Assembly (NCBI RefSeq): GCF_009914755.1
Contig: NC_060933.1
Origin: the human T2T-CHM13v2.0 reference genome, Homo sapiens
Direction: 5' to 3' (one strand)
Length of the DNA stretch: 64,000 nt
Shown here: piece by piece, positions 12,761 through 25,300 of the stretch
How the letters are laid out: every line of letters starts with the position of its first letter
How positions within the stretch are numbered: position 1 is the first letter of the stretch
Program-made: the position numbers and the translations under genes
The notes under the pieces: model-generated
Told to the model about the DNA's origin: nothing
The model's input: only the letters and a program-made list of their open reading frames with translations
Databases searched by the model: none

Positions 12761-14060
12761 GACATGAACAGACATTTCTCAAAAGAAGATAAACAAATGG
12801 CCGACAAACATAGGAAAAAATGTTCACCATCACTAATCATCAGGAAAATACAAAATAAAACCGCAAGGAGAGACCACCTTACCCCAGCCAGAATGGCTTT
12901 TACTAAAAAGTAAAAAACAATAGACGCTTGCATGAATGAAGTGAAAAGGCAATGCTTATACACTGTTGGTGGGAATGTAAATTACTACAGCCTCTATGGA
13001 AAACAATATGTAGATTTCTCAAAGAACTGAAAGAAGATCTATCATTCAATCTAGCAATCCCACTGGTATGTATCTACCCAAAAGAAAATAACTCATTTTA
13101 TAAAAAAGACACCTGCATGCCTATGTTTATCACAACACAATTCAGTTTTAAAGACACAGAATCCAATCTAATGCTCATCAACTGATGAGTGGATAAAGAA
13201 AATGTGGTTGCATGTGTATGTTCATCAAAGCACTACTCAGAATAGCAAAGTCATGGAATCAACTTAGGTGTCCATCAATAGTGGATTTGATATAGAAAAT
13301 GTATATACCCATCATGGAATACTACACAGCCATAAAAAGAATGAAATTATATCCTTTGCAGCAACATGTGTATAGCTGGAGGCCCTTATCCTAAGATAAT
13401 TAGCACAGGAACAGAAAATCAAATACTGCATGTTGTCACTTATAAGTGAGCTAAACATTGGATACACATGGACATGAAGATGGGAACAACAGACACTGAG
13501 AGGGTGACTGGAAGGAGGGGAAGGGTTGAAAAATGACCTATTGGGTACTATGCTCACTACCTGGGTAACGGGATCATTCATATCTGAAACCTCAACATCA
13601 CACAATATACTCACGTAACAAACTGCTCATGTACTCCCTGAATCTAAAATAAAAGTTGAAATTATTTAAAAAATAAGAAAATGTGGTGTGTATATAAATA
13701 TATACTTACTATGGAATACTATTCAGCCATAAATACAGACAAAATAATGTCTTTTGCAGCAACTTGGATGGTGCTGGAGGCCATTATCCTAAGCAAAGTA
13801 ATTCAGGAATGGAAAACCAAATACCACATGTTCTCACTCATAAGTGAGAGCTCAGCTGAGTATGCACATGCATACAGGGTGGTATAATGGACATGAGAGA
13901 GTCAGAAGTGGGGAGGGTAGGAGGGGCTGAGGGATGAAAAGTTACCTACTGATTATGATGTACACTATTTGGGTGATGGGTACACTAAAAGCCCAGACTT
14001 CACCACTATACAATTCATCCATGTAACCCAAAACCATTTGTATCCCTAAAGCTGTTGAAT
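12761..14060 (+). mobile_element. 5'-truncated L1PB-type element (ORF2 C-terminus and 3' UTR), interrupted at 13209-13674
   Basis: ORF2 Cys-rich remnant (HCWWECKLLQPLWK); 3' UTR gtacactaaaagcccagacttcaccactatacaattcatccatgtaacc (L1PB4-like). Confidence 0.9.
13209..13674 (+). mobile_element. Nested L1PA15/16-like 3' fragment
   Basis: Own 3' end (acctcaacatcacacaatatactcacgtaacaaac...aatctaaaataaaagttgaaatt); 13-bp TSD aagaaaatgtggt at 13196-13208 and 13675-13687. Confidence 0.85.
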
Positions 14061-14189
14061 TTTTCTTAAATGCATTTTAGCAAAGTCTCATGCACCCAAA
14101 AACCTTTTATTTACTTATTGTTTTTCTTGGGGGGGAAGGGAAAGAGATGGTTATTTTCAAGCAATCTTTCAGATCTTACCTTAAATCTT

Positions 14190-14418
14190 CCTTGCACAGA
14201 AAATGCTCCTCTACATGCAGAGGATCAAGTTCTTCAATTATTATCTCCTCCAGATACCTTGTGCTTTTCATTCCTAGTGCTTGCCACAGTTTGTAATTAA
14301 ATGTATGTAATTATTCAATTAATCCAGAGCATTGTTTTCTCACTATTGGCTTTCCAATGCTTGTTACCATGCCTGACCCATAGTATGGATACATATTTGT
14401 CCAATAAATGATAAATGC
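14190..14418 (+). mobile_element. L2 3' end (degenerate)
   Basis: atgcctgacccatagtatgg...atatttgtccaataaatga terminus. Confidence 0.5.
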
Positions 14419-15341
14419 TCAGGGTGTGTGTGTGTCAGAGTTGGGGAGAAGAGCGTGAGATGGGAGAAACAGGACAGATACAGGCTTTACTCCTTCCCAA
14501 ATATATTAAAGGAAGGTGACTCCTGAAAGCAGAAGGATGCTATCTGGACACTGAATAGAAACTCTGAAGTAATTTTTGAGCTTGTTGAATTTTTAGCATG
14601 TTTTAAGTGGAATCTGATCTAAAATTAGTATCTTTTTCCAGCAGAGAGCTCAGGAAATTAAGTTTTTTTTTTTTTTTTTTTTTGACTTTCAGGGTATGAT
14701 TAACTTATACCCAAGTAATTAATTCGTGAGTACAAAAGCACTGTTAGATTTGTAAAACATAGCTCCATTGTGCCTTAATACTTTCATTGACATCTTGTTT
14801 TACTTACTAACCTACCATTTTAATAACTTAAAACACTTGTTGTACTTAAGCATAGGAAAGTGATTCAAATGAGATAATGCACATGAAATGGTGATACCCC
14901 ACAAGACACTATATATGCAGCTATTTTAAAACCATTTTATAATTGAAAATTTCACTAAATACTTTGGACACTCCAAATGTAAAGTTGGTAGGCCAACTGA
15001 GGAACAAGATCTTTTATTTTTCTCTTTATCACTTTATCTTTGTACATGCCAAGAGCCATGCAGCAACCTCATTACTGAATGAAAGTTTACTAAATAAAGA
15101 AAAGAATAAATAAAAGAATGAATCCCTAGTCTTTCCTAGAATAAACTGAACTTAGGAAGCTTTATTTTAATGTTAATATGCCAAGAAAAAAAATATTTCA
15201 GAAGATAAAACCAACTGTAAAATCATGGGTGGTATTTTTGGAAACAATGAACCTGTCATTTGTCCCATTGCTTGAAAAACCAAACTGATGCATTACCTTG
15301 AATGTATGGTAGAGGCAAAGAAAATTTAAAAAAAAAAATGA

Positions 15342-15528
15342 AGGGATGGATCCAGGTTTTGTGGCATCTGAAGTTTACACGATGTTGATGCTGTTTTTTT
15401 GGAAAAATAAATTTTAAAATTACAACTATAAATTTAACTACACGTTCTTAGACAGGGACATGCAAGTGAGGGACCTGAAGCACAACTGAAGCATAAACTC
15501 CCTGGCTTCAGGCCAAATCAGCTTCTGG
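15342..15528. mobile_element. MER53-like DNA transposon fossil
   Basis: ggatccaggttttgtgg..ctgaag ... tgcaagtgagggacctgaagc ... aaatcagcttctg. Confidence 0.7.
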
Positions 15529-16977
15529 CAGGTTGGACAGAGAAACACCCACACTTGGGTTTTTGATCATTGCATTACCTAAACAATTGCTACAACTTTT
15601 GACTGTGGCTCTGCAGGATTTGAAAGATGCATAACACTATAAAAGTATTTAAATATGCTTTTAGGTATGGCAAGCTATCAAAATAATATGCAAGTAAAAA
15701 TACTGTCTCAATTATTAGCAGGATCTACCTGAGAATACATGGTAAGCTTGATCCCAAACCTGTATAGATTCACAAGCGGAGTGAACAGATATGATCCATT
15801 TAGCCCCACTTAACTGACCATTTTCTGCAGAAGTTATAGTGGGAATAGAAAAATCCTGCCCAATTTCACACTACATGCACTGTGATTTAGTACCCAGCAA
15901 CTTTTTAGTCACACACTGGCTTCCTATCTACTTTTTAGGAAGGTCTGTTTTTATTCTTTATGTCAAGAATCTAAATAGCTATTCTAGTAGCCTGCATAAT
16001 GGAAACAGACTGGAATCTTCCAGCATTACTCATACATCTCCTCCCTTAAAAAATGAAAATAAAGTTCTTATATGTATAAAGATGCAGTTTTCCTCTATTG
16101 AGACGACAGGGTTTTGCTGGTGGCCTGAAAGTTACTTGCAAGCATAGACAGCTGATAATTGAACAAATAAGGTGACTAAAAAGCAGTGAGCTCAATATAC
16201 CCTGCCCTTTTTATTTTTATAATTTCAATTCCAAATGATCAGTGAAGGATGAAGTACTTATTCTACCTTAAAGTAAATAATAAGAGCATTTTATTTTTTA
16301 ACAGAATAGAAACCCAACACTCCCATTATTTCTAACAAAAGTGATGCACATGAAATCACACCACATTTTACTCCACAATTACAAAGGGAAGTTAGAGGGC
16401 CTAAAGTTGTAGTAGCGGACATGGACATTATTCACCTAAAAATATACTAAGGATAATATATTTCCATGTCATATGGAAAGACCAAGACAGCCAAATTAAT
16501 GGGGACAAATGTAATCTTTTCTTCAGCAACAAGAAAAATATGCTAACAAACTTGTATGTTCTTTAGTATGTCCTGCTGGGTTCTCTGCAGAAGTGAAGTG
16601 AATTGGTTTAACCTTGTTGAGTTTATCTTATTATGACTCCTTATCATTTTATAGGTGTACCATGTTAGTCACCAGTCTAAGTTATTGCAGAAACCAGTTA
16701 GTTGTTTTCCTAAAACCAGCTGGCCTAGTTTCTATCTATTGCTTTTTAACAATAACAAAAAAATGAGCCTTCCCTCCAATGTCTCAGAAATCTGATTTAG
16801 CAAAAATGGTGAGGAGATAACTCTTTGGGTTGTGATATATTTACATGAAACTCTATTTTCTGGACAAAATTAAAGAGATTCATATTGAAATCCAGGCACA
16901 GAATCAGAATCTCAGAAACATTCCTGCAAAAATATTTACTTTGCAAGATTAGATGACTACCAATTCAGATTCTGTGA

Positions 16978-17265
<288 letters not shown>

Positions 17266-17309
17266 AGATTCTGTGATTTTTTTTTTTTTTAATCTCAAAG
17301 AGAAAGATG

Positions 17310-17432
17310 ACTACACATGAAAGTGTATTGTACTTGGGAGATGGACACCCTAACTACTCTGACTAGATCACTATGCATTATATACATTAAAAAAATTCTC
17401 ATGCACTCCATACATTTGCACAAATAAAAAGA
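17310..17432 (+). mobile_element. Short L1MA-type 3' end
   Basis: gatggacaccctaactactctgactagatcactatgcattatatacat...tttgcacaaataaaaa. Confidence 0.65.
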
Positions 17433-18047
17433 AATTTGTGTTTGGGACATAATGGTTGAATGCATACCATTTTCTAAACTGTGTTCTGTAAAACATTTTT
17501 CCTTGAAAGATGCCAACAGGTAGACATCAAGTAAAGAGCCCATGGTCTAAATAGCAAATGATGTGCCTGATTATATTTCATCTACTGGAAATTCACAGTG
17601 CACATTGGCATCTTGAAGGCTTTTGGAAGTCATAGAGAAGTACTAGACTGAAGAAATCTGTTCACCAAATTTATTTGAAGAAAGATGTCATTTAAGTGCT
17701 TATTAATAACATCTTGCAGAACAGTGTATGGGGGAGCATCAGCTTGGGAAATGCTGAATCAGTAATTACATGGAGACCGTGATGATATATGCCATCAGGC
17801 ACTTGTGGTGCTTTAGAAAGCTCTAAAAAGAACCTCCAAGGAACTCTGCAGCACTCAGGCAATCTGCCTCATTACCATCAATTATCATTGACTCCTGTAT
17901 ACATACGTGACATATGGAGCTATGGAAAAGTCTGTCAAATATGAAAGCTGTGCATGCCTCCATTGCATATAAAAGCTACCTCTTTAGATTTAGTCAAACA
18001 TTTGCAGAGTTCCTGAGTTAGGTGGTATTCTATAAGCTACCTGCGTA

Positions 18048-18218
18048 AGTGGTTCTCAATCATGAAGCAGATCATCTGGAGAGGAGGGTAAAAATTCATC
18101 TTCTCAGGTCCCAGCACCGGTGAGTCTGACTGAGTAGATTTGAAGTAGCACCTGTATATTTATAACTTTAAATTTCCTTCAGGTATTCTTTTATATAGCC
18201 AAATTTGGGAACTACTGG
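18048..18218. mobile_element. MER5-family hAT element
   Basis: Terminal inverted repeats agtggttctcaa ... tttgggaactactg. Confidence 0.65.
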
Positions 18219-18349
18219 TCTAGGCCAGATTTTCCAAGGATCATGTGTACAACATTTCCATAGATTGTGACAGCTAAGTCTAAACGTTTCCAAGGGTTGG
18301 TATCACTGTTAGAAACTCTTCCTTGCTTGAATCTAAAATGCAACTAAGA

Positions 18350-18510
18350 ACTATCACTTTCTCATTGCTTACTAAGTGCTAAGCAATACACTAATCACTC
18401 TCAGGAATTATTTTGTTTAACTGTCACAACAATGCTGTAATGAAGATATTATTATTATCTGCTTTTAGCGGTGAGGAAAAGAAAACGTACAGAGGTTATA
18501 TAACACCTCC
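18350..18510 (-). mobile_element. MIR SINE (degenerate)
   Basis: tgcttactaagtgctaagca...tttaactgtcacaacaa...attattatc...gtgaggaaa...agaggtta. Confidence 0.55.
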
Positions 18511-18668
18511 AGGAGTCCAGTTTTCAGTTCAAATACTTATTGAAAGTCAGGATAATTTCTCTTGTAGTAAACAGAACATAAGAAACATGGCATAGATGCT
18601 GTCATAGTCACCAACTATTTATGGAAATGTGACAAAAAGTATTTTTATTTGAAAATCTCCATTCTTGT

Positions 18669-19286
18669 AATGTAAACTAATACAGCTGCTGTGGAAAACA
18701 GTGTGGAGATTCCTTGAAGAACTAAAAGTAGAACTGCCAATTGATTGAGCAATCACACTACTGGGTATCTACCCAGAGGAAAAGAAGTTATTATTCGAAA
18801 AAGATACTTGCACACGCATGTTTATAGCAGCACAAGTCACAATAGGAAAATTGTGGAACCAATCCAAATGCCCATCAATCAACAAGTGGATAAAGAAACT
18901 TTGGTATATATATATACACGATAGAATACTACTCAGCCATACAAAGGAATGAATTAACAGCATTTGCAATGACCTGGATGAGTTTAGAGACTATTATTCT
19001 AAGTGAAGTAACTCAAGAATGGAAAACCAAACATTGTATGTTCTCACTGATTTGTGGGAGCTAAGCTATGAGGACGCAGAAGCCTAAGAAGGATACAATG
19101 GACTTTGGGGACTTGGTGGGAAGTGTGGGAGGGGGGCGAGGGATAAAAGACAACAGACATGGTGCAGTGTATACTGCTCAGGTGATGGGTGCATCAGGTT
19201 CTCACAAATCTCCACTAAATAACTTACTCATGTAACCAAATACCACCTGTATCCCAATAACTTATGGAAAAATAAAATAAAATAAA
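18669..19286 (+). mobile_element. 5'-truncated L1PB1/2-like element
   Basis: ORF2 end and 3' UTR (tatactgctcaggtgatgggtgca...caaatctccactaaa...taccacctgtatcccaataacttatggaaa); identical flanking gaaaatctccattcttgtaa at 18651-18670 and 19287-19306. Confidence 0.92.
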
Positions 19287-20451
19287 GAAAATCTCCATTC
19301 TTGTAAAAAAACTTGATCAGATATATTTTGGCTCATGTTCTGAACAATATTATTCAATGTAGGAATCTCTCTAAAGAGTTTTGTAGTCTACAAGCCCAAG
19401 AAAAGTTTAATGAGCATCAAGATATTTGCTATCACTATTTATTTAATGTTCCCAGAATTTGTTACATGAGGGGAGACTCCCTCTCTACTCCACCCATAAA
19501 AGGTACTAGCCATTTATGATAGAAAACAAAAAAAGTAGATCCTTGAAAAGTGATTCATGATTAACAGTAGCAGACTTCATATGTTCCTCAGTGATATCTG
19601 GTTTCCTGAGATCTTACAGTGAAATGATGTGTTACAAAAGAGTTATTGTTACTCATCAGATATTATTTCTAGCTTTGCTGATTAAGAGAAGCAACACTTA
19701 TTCAGTATCTTGTCTTTGGAAAGACACACCTATATGGGAGGATCCTTTGCCTTTTAAAACAAGAATTTCTATTTTATTTTGTTTATTTCTATCTACATAA
19801 CTACAAAAAATCAAAGATATATAATATTTCAAAGAAGAATCTTAATATATGATAGAAATGGATGAGTCAGCAAATGTCCTAAATTTATGAATGCAGAATT
19901 AGCCTAAATCTGAAGACCATCAGAAGGCATTGCTCTATTTTTTTCCTTTTTAGTCAGATCTCCATCTTGGGTTTTATTTTGGACTCCTCTTCATTCCTAA
20001 CATAATTTTAGCTAAATGTTTAAGAGGATTTTAAGCTTCACTATTTCTAAGTGTCCTCCCATCTTGAAATGCTATGACACTTGCCGCAGTACATGACATG
20101 AACATATGGTGATTTGGCTCAGAAGTCCAGATAACCTTGGATTGAAATCCTGTGTTTCTCATTTAGCTACGTTCTGTTTTACAGATATGGACTATACCCA
20201 TACTCTCATCTAATGTTTATGCCAGTGCATGGAGTAACGTGCAAGGGTATGAACAATTCTGGGAAAACTCATCTCCCTGGATAAACAGTACAAACCCAAT
20301 CCCATTTCCAGTGATGATTAAAAATAATCTTTGTACAAAAAGGGTAACCTACCACTATTAATACAGTTACACCATTTATTTAAAAAGAAATAGAGTTTGT
20401 GACATGGGGAAAATGGCATTGCTATATCCACAAGGCACTTAAATTCACTGT

Positions 20452-20483
20452 TTTTGTTGTTGTTGTTGTTGTTTGTTTGTTTT
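20452..20483. repeat. (TTG)n/(TTTG)n microsatellite
   Basis: Seen directly. Confidence 0.85.
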
Positions 20484-22819
20484 AGCAAGCCTGATATCTT
20501 TGGACAGAAGGAGAAATGAGAACCGAAGCAGGACTGCTCTGTTTGTGCAGCAGAATCCTCCATTTTTGGTGGAAAAGTGTCTGCCATTTGATGAACACTG
20601 AAACACTAATATTTTCATTTGCGGTTAGATTTAGGGTCAGTCATGCAGTCATGGCCTCATGCCATCTGTGCCATGTCACTCCAACTCAGGTACAAAAATG
20701 CAATTCTGGTATTGGAAACCCAGGTGTTGGAGCCAGGACATTTCTCTGAAATGCTAGCACCATTTCCCCTTCAGCAAGCTGTGTGTGTCCTTTCCAGTTC
20801 TCCTTAGGCATGATATAAAAAGAGTATTTTTAATTTAACTCCTCAGTACAATAAGTCGCATATTAACTATCAGTAGACTGACAGCTACATGCTATGGAAA
20901 ATCACCAGGCTTATTGTAGTCCAGATTAGAAAGAGAATACAGAACTCTGCTGCCTCAGCTACATACAATCAGATATGTACAGAGAAACATTTTTTTTTTC
21001 CAATGGCATCAAGAAAGCCACATGTTGTTAGCAAAGTAACCAGCCCATAGACTGATAAAAACTGAACATATTATATCTTAGAGGTTAAAAAGCAATTATA
21101 CTTTCTCGAGTGAAACCTTGGGTATTTCAGAACAAAAGGGTGTAGCTTGCTTTACTTTACATCAAATTATACGAGAAAATATTTCCAGAATGAAAGGAAG
21201 ACAACATTTGTTGAAAGGTAGATTCCAAAGTCATCACATGCAAATTTAGAATATCAAAAATTATTTTGATGAGGGGTCAACAGGAATAGCCACAATGAAT
21301 CACAGTCAACCACATTGTGTGAGTGGGAAATCATGATGTCATATCAGATGAATAGGAGACAAAGAGAATATCTAAGCTAAAGCACACCTCAGAAAAAGTA
21401 AATTGACCAGTGGGCAGCTATTGGTTTATGTAGGCATATTGTCTAAAAGGTGGGGTGGGGGAGGGAGGTTAAGTAGTTTTGGTAAACTGCCTAGGAAGTT
21501 AATACCACTAGTAAGCAAGGCATCAAGCAATCATGGATATAATTACCTTTTATCTACATATCTGTGTAAGGAAACAAGAACATCAGTCATATCAACTTTA
21601 AGTATATGTCACACATTATAAAGTATTATGCCATAGATGCCTTTGATGCAACAGTAGACATTTTCCTGGGAGAGGTATTGGATAGTAACAAATACTGGAA
21701 AAAGTAGCTTTTAAGATAATTCTCATTAAGTGTTACTTACATATATTAGTAAGATTCTTTCTAACTATCTATCTATCTAATCATTTCCTTGTGCCAAAAT
21801 GAGAATTCCTAGATTTATCTAAATAACTATCTTAAAATAGATGCAAAAATACCACCATATAATCAATATATTTACTGATGCATTTCTAATATGGTTGGTC
21901 AAAGACAGACTGAAATTAGACCAGAGAAGAAATGACAAAATGGCCGTAATTGCTTTCAAGACAATTATAAGACTAAAAACAATCAAGCAATTATAGACTC
22001 TCAGCTCTAAAATTGCCTTTAAAAAAATACAAAGAACTAACAAAACCGAACTGTTCAGCTCATACCAAATCTGCTTCATTTGATTCCCGGTGAGTTCAGA
22101 CCTGGTGGCTGCTATTTCAAGCCTCATTTCTTTTTGACCTCAAATAATAAAGTTGAAGTCAGCCAGTTTCCATTCAGCCTTGTTGCATTGTTTGCCAGTT
22201 TATAAGGCTTTATGTTTGTACCAAAAATGTTACAGGAGGAAAACCACAAAGAAGTCACAAATCTGGGCAATTTTCCCTATATTACACAGATGTTAAAATT
22301 GTTGCAAAAGTTGCCAACCACTGGACATACTTGACAGCAGGAAATAATCCAAACAATGAAAATTCCAGTCACTATTTTGTTAACTCGTTATAACAAGAGA
22401 CTGCTGTATTGAGCAACTGGTTCCTCTCCCTACCTTCCTTTTCTGTCTTCCTGCCATCCCTCCCTTCATCCACTGTCTATCCATTTTCTAGTATCATCTG
22501 TATGCTCCCTTAAGCTTCTCAGTCTAACAGAAAAAGACAAATGTAAAAAGAAAAAAACCCATGACAATATAAATTTATCTGAGCCTGGATTTCTCAACAG
22601 TAGAGCAGCTATCCTTAGCAGAACTGGCTCCTTACTTAGCAGAGTGGGCTACTCCTAAGCAGTATGGTCAGAGAGTCTAACAAATCCCTGCTTGACTTTA
22701 TATTACCTAGCCAAACTTCCTGTCATGGGCGCACCTCGCTGCCAGAGAAGGGCTGATATTTCTACCATTAAAGCCATTTCAACTTGGTGTCAAGACATAC
22801 TGTGAGAATTACCTTGTGT

Positions 22820-23073
22820 GAAGGCTTTCTCTAATTTGCTCTCTCACTCCATTACCATTCAGTTGCAGTTTGACTTTCTTTCTTCCCACAGTACCTGTGC
22901 TTACCTCTCGGTTAGCATTTCCCTCACAGTGCTGCAATTGTCTGAGAAAAGCAGTATCTCCCACTTCAGACTATGAGCCTTCAGGGCAAGGACTTTACCT
23001 TTTATATTAGTTTCACAACAGGTAGCAAGATATCTGGCACAAAATAGGTGCTCAAGAAATACTTCTTGAATAA
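22820..23073 (+). mobile_element. L2 3' end
   Basis: agactatgagccttcagggcaaggact...ctggcacaaaataggtgctcaagaaatacttcttgaat. Confidence 0.7.
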
Positions 23074-23120
23074 TTTCATTAGAAAACATAGCCTCCCAGG
23101 TGAGAATCACTGATCTAAAC

Positions 23121-23690
23121 AATTCAGCTAATATTTACTGAGTATGTACTATGTTTCAAGCACTAGGTACAATTATGTGTGGCAGAAATAAAAAATCCAT
23201 GCCCTCATAGAACTATATATACTCCAAGAGAGGGGACATACAACACACAAACAACAAATAAAGAGTATCATCAAATAAAGACTCAATGGGGTAAAGTTGT
23301 TTTAGGCTGTGATGACTTTACTGAGGAGGTGACCTTTGAGCTGAAACATGAAAGAAATGGAGCCAGCCAAGTGAACAGCAAGGGGTGAATGGTCCAGGCA
23401 GAAGGGACAGTTGTGTTAAGATGAGTAAGAGCTTAGGGTGCTCCAGGTACAGAATGGAGGGTATCATGCCTACAGCATTGCCAACCAGGGAAGAATAGTA
23501 AGAGATGAGATTTACCCTGTTGGTGGTGCCAGATTATACAGAGCTTTTAAAGGAAAGCTAGGAGTTAGGCTTTTATTTTAGGAGCAATGGAAACTCTTTG
23601 TAGGATTTTAAGCAGGAGGGGGATATAAGCCACAATTTATTTTAGATCGATAATGTCTTGGTCAGTGATGCAGAAAATACACTGAAGCTA
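23121..23690 (-). mobile_element. L2 3' portion
   Basis: attcagctaatatttactgagt...gccctcataga...gaggaggtgacctttgagctga...gcaatggaaac...ggattttaagcagg. Confidence 0.8.
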
Positions 23691-23828
23691 ACGACAGAGG
23701 AATTAGGGGCAGGATTCAAAACATTTAGCAATTCCTATAGCCTTTGGCATTTATCAATCAGAAAAGTTGCCAACCGGTCAGAAGGAACACTGTCCAATAG
23801 GCCATAATATTTGAATATAAGCTGAATA

Positions 23829-24789
23829 CAGTAAGTCCTCACCTATATCAAGGATAGCTTTTTAGAAATTGTGACTTTAAGTGAAACGACATACAATGAA
23901 ACTGATTTTACCATAGGTTAACTGATATAAACAAGATTAAAATTTCTATGGCATACTTATTGCCACAAAAAGTTAGAAAAACTTCTAAATAAAGATTCAA
24001 AACATTTCAAATATTAAACAGTGAAATTAATGTGAGTTATATATACATTTAAGAAAGATTAATGAAAACAAGATAGTCACTCAATTTTTGGTGAATCACT
24101 GAGTGATGGTAGTTGTAGTGGTAGTAAGGTAAATCAGGAAATAATTGATGGTAAAGTGAAAATTTTAAGAAGTTCTTGCTATTGTCTCACAGCTCAAAGA
24201 CAATCACTGAATGCTTTTGTACTGCTTCATTTGTTGTTGTGCATTTGTAAGATTATTGTAATCCTACACATTTTTATTTGACAATAATTTGTATTCGTTC
24301 ATTCATGCATTCACTCTTTAACCCATTTATTCCAGTTTAGGAATGCAGGTGGCTGGAGCCCATCCTAGCATCTAAGAGCACAAGGAACAAACCCAGAACA
24401 GGATGCCATCCCATCGCAGAGCACATTCACACACACACATACACACACAGGTACACACACACACACTCAGGCTGGGACCATGTACACATGCACAAGGAAC
24501 AAACCCAGAACAGGTTGCCATCCCATTGCAAAGCACACTCACACACACATACACACACAGGTACCCACACACACACTCAGGCTGGGACCATGTACACATG
24601 CTGACTCACCTCATGTGCACTTCTTTGGGATGTATGGGAAAACGAGAATACCTGGAAAAAATCCACACCAACATGGGGAAAATGTGCAAACTCCACATAG
24701 ACAGTGACCCAGCTGGGAATTGATTGCTTTTCTCATCAATGTTATAATGAAACAACGTTGAACAAAATGACATGATTTGAGAACTGCTG
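23829..24789. mobile_element. MER6 (TcMar-Tigger) with an internal tandem duplication
   Basis: TA|cagtaagtcctc ... gagaactgctg|TA with TA target duplication; V-SINE-like segment gtgcaaactccacatagacagtgaccc. Confidence 0.88.
24378..24599. repeat. Two-copy tandem repeat (112 bp + 110 bp) containing (CA)n runs
   Basis: Units start gcacaaggaacaaacccagaacagg at 24378 and 24490; about 5 substitutions plus one CA-unit length difference. Confidence 0.95.
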
Positions 24790-24814
24790 TAGTTAGTTAA
24801 CCTCATAACAAACA

Positions 24815-25300
24815 GTGAGAGATAATGGTAGTATGAACTAGGTGGACAGTGTAAGTATGAAGAGAAATGAATTGATATAAAATATACTGGGAAGCTATAA
24901 CTGACAAGACTTGCAGATAATTTAGACAGAAGGGGTCCTTAGGCAAGGGAGAAATGTTTGGTAAACAAAACTGAAAGGTTGGACTTGAGCAATCAATGAT
25001 AATGGATGTCTATTCCACTTTAGTAAAGACTAGTCCAAAGTTCTGTTTTTAACATGATAAAGTTAGATGTCTATACCACATTCAGATATATGCTAAATAA
25101 GGGAATGAGCTTTCATATTTGAGCCAAAGGTAGTGGTCAAGACGGGAGGTGTAAATTTATATATACATGAATCAGTCTTTCATCGAATGTCTGGAAGAGA
25201 TTACCTCGGGAAAGAGTAAAGAAAATAAGTTCAGAAAAAATAAAATATGAAGGAAAAAAAGAGGTGATGCCTACAGACAGGAATTTAGCAAAAGGAAGAA
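24815..25300 (-). mobile_element. L2 continuation (degenerate)
   Basis: gtgagagataatggtag...gagaaatga...tgacaagacttgcagat...tttttaacatgataaagtt; collinear with the 23121-23690 piece. Confidence 0.5.

Noticed and set aside
22590-22690. Short segment resembling a MER4-group LTR motif
   Set aside because: Too short and degenerate to assign by eye.
24372-24723. His/Thr-rich and Cys/Val-rich ORFs; repeat-spacer-like appearance
   Set aside because: Translations of (CA)n within a two-copy tandem duplication in MER6; no unique spacers, so not CRISPR-like.
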